29,820 nt of DNA, taken from positions 1 to 29,820 of the IMG/VR virus record IMGVR_UViG_3300043630_000005; one strand, given 5' to 3'. A program made the position numbers and the translations under genes. This stretch comes from a virus (lineage: Duplodnaviria; Caudoviricetes). How positions within the stretch are numbered: position 1 is the first letter of the stretch; each line of letters opens with the position of its first letter. The notes under the pieces are model-generated. The model was not told the DNA's origin. It saw nothing but the letters and a program-made list of their open reading frames with translations, and searched no databases. This document shows positions 24,716-29,820 of the stretch, one piece after another.

Positions 24716-25105
24716 CTACTTGAGGCAGCGGACGGTCGCGCAGGACCGGACGCCGGAAACGTCCGCTTGCGAGGCCACGCACTTCGGGTTCAGCGAGAAC
24801 TTCCCGGTCGACTCCGCGTCTGCGCAAACCTTGTAGCAAGTCTTCCCCCCGTCCGGCTTTGCCGCCTCCGGGCAGCCGAGGCTCTTGAGCTTCGCGCACG
24901 CGCGGACGCAGTCCGGGAAGGCGGCCGCGTCGAGCGGCGGGTCCTCCGGGTCCGCGCCGTCGCTGATGTCCGCGTCCGTCGTCGTGACGTCCGGGGGCGG
25001 GACTGGCGGGTTCGGCTTCGGGCAGCCGACGCAGGTGAACGCGAGGACGCCCGCGACGGCGAGCGCGAGGGCGGCCCCTGCGGGCCAGTGCGAGGTGTTC
25101 TTCAT
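24716..25105 (-). CDS. Cys-rich lipoprotein
   Basis: Signal peptide with lipobox-like CVGC, Pro/Asp linker, 8-Cys C-terminal domain; AAGGAG SD. Confidence 0.75.
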   Translation of the reverse strand: MKNTSHWPAGAALALAVAGVLAFTCVGCPKPNPPVPPPDVTTTDADISDGADPEDPPLDAAAFPDCVRACAKLKSLGCPEAAKPDGGKTCYKVCADAESTGKFSLNPKCVASQADVSGVRSCATVRCLK

Positions 25106-25115
25106 CGTCTTCTCC

Positions 25116-25988
25116 TTACGCCGCCGCGACCTGGATCGCGTTGAAGTCAGAGGCCTCCGGGTCGAGGAGGAAGTCCTGGTCGGCCCAGTAGAAGCCGGTG
25201 TCGCCCCAGCTCGTTCCCCACGAGTTCAGGCACTGAAAGACGAGCCGGCCTGCGACGGTCGTGTAGCCGAGAATGAGCGTCTCGTGGCCGCCGAGCCGGC
25301 GGTCGAGCGGCCCGGGCGCCTTCATCGCGCGCGATGGCCCGCCGCCCGCGTAGTCCATGAAGGCCTGCGTGACGTTCGTGCCGTACGGGACGGGGTAGTT
25401 CTGGTTGAGCGCGTTGCAGATGTCCTGGAGGAGCGTCTCGCCGCCGCCGACGAGCGCGTAGAACGCCTCGACGCGGCCCGCGCTCGCCTTCTGCTCGACG
25501 TCCCAGGGAAGCTCCTCGTTCACGACGGCGGGGTCCTCCGTGAAGGGCCAGTCCGACTCCGCCGGGATCCCGAACTGCTTGAGGCCCTTCAGCGCGTCGC
25601 GTGGGTAGCAGCCCTCGTCCGCGAGGAGCGTCCCGCGCGAGGACTTCTCGAGCATGCGCGCGAAGCCGTAGACGCCGAGCGGCGCGGGCTCCGGGAGCGT
25701 CTTCTGGAGGAAGCGGAGCCGGACGTCGACGGCGCTCGCGATCGCGTGGCCCACGCAGCTCGAGGTCGATGCCTGGTCGCGGACGCGGCGGACGAGGTCC
25801 GCGAGCCGGAGCGCCTCTCCCGGGAGGTTGCGGGGCGCGCCGAAGTGGGCGCGCGCGTGGAGGTCGCGCTCGTCCGCCTCGTTCTTCTTCCAGCCGAGCT
25901 TGAACGTCCTCGCCGGCGGCTGCGTGTCCGCGACGGGTGAGGTCTGCGAGTCCGGCGGAGCGTCCGCGCCCTTCTTCTTCGAGCCCAT
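25116..25988 (-). CDS. Papain-like cysteine peptidase (C1 family)
   Basis: VRDQASTSSCVGHA (oxyanion Gln, catalytic Cys), GGHE (His), LNSWGTSWGDTG (Asn). Confidence 0.92.
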   Translation of the reverse strand: MGSKKKGADAPPDSQTSPVADTQPPARTFKLGWKKNEADERDLHARAHFGAPRNLPGEALRLADLVRRVRDQASTSSCVGHAIASAVDVRLRFLQKTLPEPAPLGVYGFARMLEKSSRGTLLADEGCYPRDALKGLKQFGIPAESDWPFTEDPAVVNEELPWDVEQKASAGRVEAFYALVGGGETLLQDICNALNQNYPVPYGTNVTQAFMDYAGGGPSRAMKAPGPLDRRLGGHETLILGYTTVAGRLVFQCLNSWGTSWGDTGFYWADQDFLLDPEASDFNAIQVAAA

Positions 25989-26002
25989 GGCGCGAGACTA
26001 CC

Positions 26003-26422
26003 TTATTTTCGGAAGCCCTTCGCGCGCGCCTTCTCGTCGATCCACGCGCGCAGGAGGAGGGCTGCGGTCATGTTCTCCTCCTGCGCGAGCTTGAAGAGCA
26101 TCGCGTGGTCGTCCTTCGGGAGGAGGAACCCGAACTGGCGCGGCTCGTCGCCGAGGCCGGAGGGCTGCTTCATGGGGGCGCCGGCGCGGGCCGCCTCCGC
26201 GCGAGGGCCGCGCAGCGACCAGCGAATCCCGCAGCCGTGGCCCTTGCACTGGTAGAGCGTCTCGCCATCGCCGTTTCCTCCGTGAACTCTCACGACCGCG
26301 GTCCTCGTCTCCGCGATCTCCGTCGACGGGGTCCCGCAGGCCGGGCACTCGCCCCTCAGCGCGCGGTCGTTCGAGACGTCGATCGCGTTCCTCTGCCGCC
26401 TCGTCGGTGCTCCGTCGCTCAT
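26003..26422 (-). CDS. Putative transcription regulator: Ogr/Delta-like zinc ribbon plus ribbon-helix-helix-like domain
   Basis: CPACG...ETRT...LYQCKGHGCGIRW, then QFGFLLPKDDHAMLFKLAQEENMTAALLLRAWIDE. Confidence 0.65.
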   Translation of the reverse strand: MSDGAPTRRQRNAIDVSNDRALRGECPACGTPSTEIAETRTAVVRVHGGNGDGETLYQCKGHGCGIRWSLRGPRAEAARAGAPMKQPSGLGDEPRQFGFLLPKDDHAMLFKLAQEENMTAALLLRAWIDEKARAKGFRK

Positions 26423-26763
26423 CGCAGGATCCTAGACTGGAATTGTTTGGGGACCTCGCGCCGGCGCGCGAGCTTTCGGATGCGGAACGCGTAGCCCATG
26501 ACCTTTGCTGCGACCTCGAGGAGCGCCGCGAGGACGGCGCGGATCGCGAAGCCGGGCTCCTCGATCTCTCTGCGCCATAGCCGGTGGAGATCGACGATCT
26601 TCTCCGCCGTCTCCGCGAGGTAGCGCGCGCGGACGACAACGGCCTCCTCGTAGGATAACGGGCGGAAGAGGAGCAGCTCGACGTCGCGGAAGAGCGGCTT
26701 CGAGCGGACGTGCTCGACGAGGTGCCGGACTGCGGCCTCGTTCGTGACCTCGCGCGCGTCCAC
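26419..26763 (-). CDS. Hypothetical protein
   Basis: Start revised to GTG 26763, just after the upstream stop; ATGA overlap with the regulator gene. Confidence 0.55.
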   Translation of the reverse strand: MDAREVTNEAAVRHLVEHVRSKPLFRDVELLLFRPLSYEEAVVVRARYLAETAEKIVDLHRLWRREIEEPGFAIRAVLAALLEVAAKVMGYAFRIRKLARRREVPKQFQSRILR

Positions 26764-26768
26764 GGAGG

Positions 26769-27092
26769 TCAGTGCCCGCCGGTCACGAGGACGGAGGGCG
26801 GCTCGGAGAGCTTCCCGAGGAGCGTCTCGATCTCGTCCTGGGGCACCTTCAAGTTCCTGAGGATCTTGATGCACGTCGCGATCATCTGCGTCGCGACGAA
26901 GGCGGAGACGGCGTCCATCGCGGCCTCCTGGCCGCCGCACGCGTCCATCGTCATCGCGAGGGCGGTGGCTCGCATCTGCGTCGCGAACGCCGGCCCGTAG
27001 ACGGAGCCCCAGAACTTCCGGAGCACGTGCTGGAGTTCCTCCAGCGTGACGGTCGGCTTCTTCGCTTCCTCGGTCTTCGGGTCGTCGGCCAT
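26769..27092 (-). CDS. Hypothetical protein
   Basis: 107 aa, packed between neighbours. Confidence 0.65.
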   Translation of the reverse strand: MADDPKTEEAKKPTVTLEELQHVLRKFWGSVYGPAFATQMRATALAMTMDACGGQEAAMDAVSAFVATQMIATCIKILRNLKVPQDEIETLLGKLSEPPSVLVTGGH

Positions 27093-27098
27093 GCGGCG

Positions 27099-27755
27099 CT
27101 ACTTGCCGCGGCCGCTCTCCCAACCCAAAGCGACGGTCAACAGGACCGCGCGCTTGTTCGTTCCGGACGCCTCGTCGAAGCAGAGGTCGCAGTTGCCGGC
27201 GATCGCCTCCGCCGGGAGCTTCTCCGGGTTGCACTTCGGGCAGTGGACCTCGTCTAGCCGGATGGTTCCGCTCGGCGTCCGGAACGGCCTGCCGGTGGCG
27301 CGCTCCATCGCGCGGTCGCTCGCGCGCCTCGTGTCCGGCGCGGTCGGCGTCTCGTCGTCCTCGAACTCCTCGTAGTCGAGCCCGTTGGAGACGTCCGTGA
27401 CGCGGAGCCGGAAGGCGCCGAACTTCCTCACGAGCTGCTCAGAGAAGCGGGCCTCGTCGAACTGCCTGCACGAGTAGAGGTCCGCGACGAAGAAGTGCTG
27501 CGCCGGCCACGTGTGGATCGAGGCGTGGCTCGTGGAGAGCACGCAGACGCCGGTCACGCCGCCCTCGTCCTCGAAGGGCTCCGCGCCGCGCTTCCGGAGG
27601 TCGATCTCCACCTCGTGAACGAGGGGGACGCCGAGCATCCTCATCCCGACGGCGTCGACGAGGTCGCGGAGGTAGAGGCGGACGACGTCCGGATCGCCGA
27701 GGAGGACGGACGCGCCGCGCCCGAGCGCCTTGACGTGCTTGCCGTGGCGCTTCAC
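27099..27755 (-). CDS. speD: S-adenosylmethionine decarboxylase-family (pyruvoyl) proenzyme with C-terminal CxxC-CxxC extension
   Basis: HGKH...GGVTGVCVLSTSHASIHTWP...ADLYSC matches prokaryotic AdoMetDC; start revised to GTG 27755 (GTGA overlap, GAGGA SD). Substrate not established. Confidence 0.85.
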   Translation of the reverse strand: MKRHGKHVKALGRGASVLLGDPDVVRLYLRDLVDAVGMRMLGVPLVHEVEIDLRKRGAEPFEDEGGVTGVCVLSTSHASIHTWPAQHFFVADLYSCRQFDEARFSEQLVRKFGAFRLRVTDVSNGLDYEEFEDDETPTAPDTRRASDRAMERATGRPFRTPSGTIRLDEVHCPKCNPEKLPAEAIAGNCDLCFDEASGTNKRAVLLTVALGWESGRGK

Positions 27756-27895
27756 TCGTCCTCTTCCGTGAGGTCGATCGCGAAGCCCTCGCAGGAGCAG
27801 TCCTCGTCCATGTCGCAGTCGAGCGCGTGCGTCCGCGCGCGCGGGAGCGGAGCCTCGCTGGACGGGGGCGGGGGCGTGGAGGTTCGCTCGTTCAC
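27752..27895 (-). CDS. Small acidic Cys-containing peptide (47 aa)
   Basis: Below the ORF-track cutoff: MNERTSTPPPPSSEAPLPRARTHALDCDMDEDCSCEGFAIDLTEEDE; GGAG SD; stop overlaps the speD start. Confidence 0.6.
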   Translation of the reverse strand: MNERTSTPPPPSSEAPLPRARTHALDCDMDEDCSCEGFAIDLTEEDE

Positions 27896-27913
27896 TGCCG
27901 CTCCGTTGTCGCG

Positions 27914-28441
27914 CTACTTCTCCGGGTTGTCGAGGTCGATCACGCGCGCCTTCGCGTGCGTCGCGCCCTTCATCATCTGCGCGGCGAGCCGGTGGTGCCC
28001 GTCGTGGATGTGCATCTTCCCGTCGACCTTCACGACGACGGGCTTGTCGATCAAGCCGCCGTGGCCCGGCGCGCGCGTCCCGGGCTTCACGCGCCCGGGG
28101 TCGTTCGCGTAGTTCGTGAGCTGCTCGACGTTGACGGTCCGCTGGATCGCGTGGAGCTGGTCGAGCGGGACGTCCGTCGGCGTCGTCTTCTCCGCCTTCT
28201 CGAAGATGCCCTTGCCCTTGATCTTGGAGAGGTAGCTGGAGCGGCTCGCGACGGGGAACGGGACGCGGACGGCGCCCGCGGTGCCGCTCGGCTCCATCTG
28301 CCGGAGGTTGTGGTCGAAGGCGCTGTGGCCCGCCGGGTCCGCGCTCTCCGTCCGCTTTGCCCACGCGCGGACGGCGCTGGGCTTGGACTGCCCGCCCGGC
28401 TCCGGGCTCGCGCTCGCTCCCTCGGGTCCTTCGTGGTTCAC
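27914..28441 (-). CDS. ParB/Srx-like N-terminal domain protein
   Basis: VPLDQLHAIQ...PVVVKVDGKMHIHDGHHRLAA motif. Confidence 0.8.
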   Translation of the reverse strand: MNHEGPEGASASPEPGGQSKPSAVRAWAKRTESADPAGHSAFDHNLRQMEPSGTAGAVRVPFPVASRSSYLSKIKGKGIFEKAEKTTPTDVPLDQLHAIQRTVNVEQLTNYANDPGRVKPGTRAPGHGGLIDKPVVVKVDGKMHIHDGHHRLAAQMMKGATHAKARVIDLDNPEK

Positions 28442-28447
28442 CCCTCC

Positions 28448-28507
28448 GTTCTACTGCCAGCCCGGAAGCCGCACAACTAGGGGGCGGCGTGATCCCGGGT
28501 TCTCGTC
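28448..28507 (-). promoter_or_regulatory. Promoter TTGTGC-17-TAGAAC with upstream palindrome (copy 3)
   Basis: -10 28448-28453, -35 28471-28476; GCGGCGTGATCCCGGGTTCTCGTC at 28484-28507 is the exact reverse complement of 9864-9887. Confidence 0.7.
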
Positions 28508-28700
28508 AGTCGATCATCTCCGTCCAGCCCCGGCGCTCGAGCGAGAACGCCTTGCTAGGGCCCGGCTCGTACTCCGCGATCGCGAAGATGATGTCCGCCA
28601 GCGGCCCCCGGTAGGGAACGATCCGCGTGATGCGCTTCGTACCGCACCAGAGCTTGATGACGTCGCCGGCGCGGAGGTCTTCGTTCTGCTTCTGCGCCAT
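28506..28700 (-). CDS. Small hypothetical protein
   Basis: Start revised to ATG 28700 (TGATG coupling): MAQKQNEDLRAGDVIKLWCG... Confidence 0.6.
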   Translation of the reverse strand: MAQKQNEDLRAGDVIKLWCGTKRITRIVPYRGPLADIIFAIAEYEPGPSKAFSLERRGWTEMID

Positions 28701-29113
28701 CAGGAGGAGTTCGCGAGGACGGTGTCGTGGAGGACGCAGGCGTCGCACGCCGGCCAGCCGTGGACGCACTTCGTCTGCGAGCCGACCCCGTCCGTTCCGA
28801 GGACGTCCGGCGCGTGCGCATCGTTGATCGCCTCGTAAAGCTCCTTCGTCTTGTCCGTGTTCGGCATCGCGTAAATCGCGCGGAGGAGGGAGCGGACGAC
28901 GTTGCGCGCCGCGACGACCTGCTCGTGCTTCTCCGTCCCGCGCGCCTGCGCCGCCTTGCACGTCTCGCGGTAGGTCTCTCCGTCACGTTCGAGCGATTGG
29001 GCGACCGCGAGGATCTCCTCCACCTCGGCCGCCTTGAACGATGCGGACAATCCGAACGGGCCTCCGCGCGCGAGCCCCTTACTGAGGATCTCTTTGATTC
29101 GCGCCGCGCTCAC
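28700..29113 (-). CDS. Hypothetical protein
   Basis: Start revised to GTG 29113 (GTGA overlap, GGAGG SD); C-terminal CVHG..CDAC. Confidence 0.6.
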   Translation of the reverse strand: MSAARIKEILSKGLARGGPFGLSASFKAAEVEEILAVAQSLERDGETYRETCKAAQARGTEKHEQVVAARNVVRSLLRAIYAMPNTDKTKELYEAINDAHAPDVLGTDGVGSQTKCVHGWPACDACVLHDTVLANSS

Positions 29114-29643
29114 GAGTGCCCCTCCGCTTCCAGCGCCGCCATCTGCGCCGCCTTGAGGCTGCGCACCGTCCCGCGCGCGTAGAACGTCTCGTGCTCGCCG
29201 AGCGCCTCGCGGTCCTCCACCGTCGTGGGCGAGACGGCCCAGCGGAAGACGTTGTCCGCGATCCGGTCGACCCGGAGCTTCGCGGGTCCGTGCCTCGGCA
29301 TCCGCGTGCAGCCAACCGTCGCGCACCAGGAGATCGGGTTCTCCGAGCCTGCCGGGAACGCCTCCCACTCGAGGCGGTTCTCCTCGCGCTGGTCCCAGCA
29401 GACGAAGTCGTCCTCCTCGCCCGCGTTCACGTAGACGACCGCGTCCGCGTTGCCGTACTCGTCCTGCGGGTTGTCCGTCGAGGAGACCTCGTGCGATACG
29501 CCGATCACGGTGAAGAGCACCGTCTTGTCCGGCCCGGCGACGGAGCCGCCGTAGACGGAGATGGTGTCGCACTCGCGCGGGAGCGCCTCGAATGTGGCGG
29601 AGAAGAGCGAGTTCTGTCCGGACCGGACTTCTGCGTGGGGCAT
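29110..29643 (-). CDS. Hypothetical protein
   Basis: 177 aa, acidic; coupled to the downstream gene. Confidence 0.6.
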   Translation of the reverse strand: MPHAEVRSGQNSLFSATFEALPRECDTISVYGGSVAGPDKTVLFTVIGVSHEVSSTDNPQDEYGNADAVVYVNAGEEDDFVCWDQREENRLEWEAFPAGSENPISWCATVGCTRMPRHGPAKLRVDRIADNVFRWAVSPTTVEDREALGEHETFYARGTVRSLKAAQMAALEAEGHS

Positions 29644-29659
29644 GCGGCGCCCCTTGCCG

Positions 29660-29820
29660 CTAGCAGCCCTTGCCGACGTGGACTCGCCCGACGTGCGGGA
29701 CGGAGTCGAAGCCGACGAAGACGTCGAGGAGCCAGAGGAGGACGCAGAGAACGACGACCACGTTGATGATGGTTTTGATCTTGCTGTCCATGGGGATGAC
29801 GGTGTTTACGAGGTAGAGCG
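29660..29820 (-). CDS. Small membrane protein, Thivi_2564-like (5' end outside the window)
   Basis: Manual translation ...LYLVNTVIPMDSKIKTIINVVVVLCVLLWLLDVFVGFDSVPHVGRVHVGKGC*; the IPMD.KIK.I.N motif followed by a transmembrane helix is recalled as typical of this family. Confidence 0.7.
   Translation of the reverse strand, partial: LYLVNTVIPMDSKIKTIINVVVVLCVLLWLLDVFVGFDSVPHVGRVHVGKGC

Noticed and set aside
24636-24899. 87-aa ORF with a hydrophobic C-terminus as a possible holin or embedded spanin
   Set aside because: Mostly overlaps the lipoprotein gene out of frame, has no start codon near the hydrophobic part, and the gap is explained by the endolysin promoter and SD.
29651-29675. Direct repeat CCCTTGCCG x2
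   Set aside because: Nine GC-rich bases, one copy inside a CDS, no further copies noticed; likely chance.
228-29766. Many long plus-strand ORFs (e.g. 228-1946, 14713-17943, 20305-22017, 22738-24627)
   Set aside because: Arg/Gly-rich antisense shadows of minus-strand genes, expected in high-GC DNA; no recognisable motifs.

Overview
A very GC-rich (about 70% by eye) segment of a tailed, contractile-tail (myovirus-type) phage or prophage. All credible genes are on the minus strand and tightly packed; the long plus-strand ORFs are antisense shadows. In transcription order (right to left): small accessory genes (a Thivi_2564-like membrane protein, a ParB-like protein, an AdoMet-decarboxylase-like enzyme, a zinc-ribbon/RHH regulator); a lysis-like cassette (papain-family C1 peptidase, Cys-rich lipoprotein, GH25 muramidase, lytic-transglycosylase-like protein); fibre or decoration genes; portal; MuF/SPP1-gp7-like minor head protein; a block of accessory head genes including a 35-aa tandem-repeat protein; scaffold; major capsid; neck genes; and the 5' part of the tail sheath. 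No terminase, prohead protease, integrase, tRNA or CRISPR array was recognised. The strongest unexplained signals are non-coding: (i) a ~150-180 bp leader duplicated in front of the capsid and sheath genes; (ii) a palindrome CGWGAWCCCGGGWTCWCG in three copies about 50-56 bp upstream of predicted start sites of TTGYGN-17-TAGNNY promoters, together with an Ogr/Delta-like regulator; (iii) TAGNNY-N6-start leaderless architecture at many genes. Two paralogous disordered proteins share a C-terminal AKKPFKI tag. All product calls come from motif recognition and gene order, not database searches. A myxobacterial host is a guess only.
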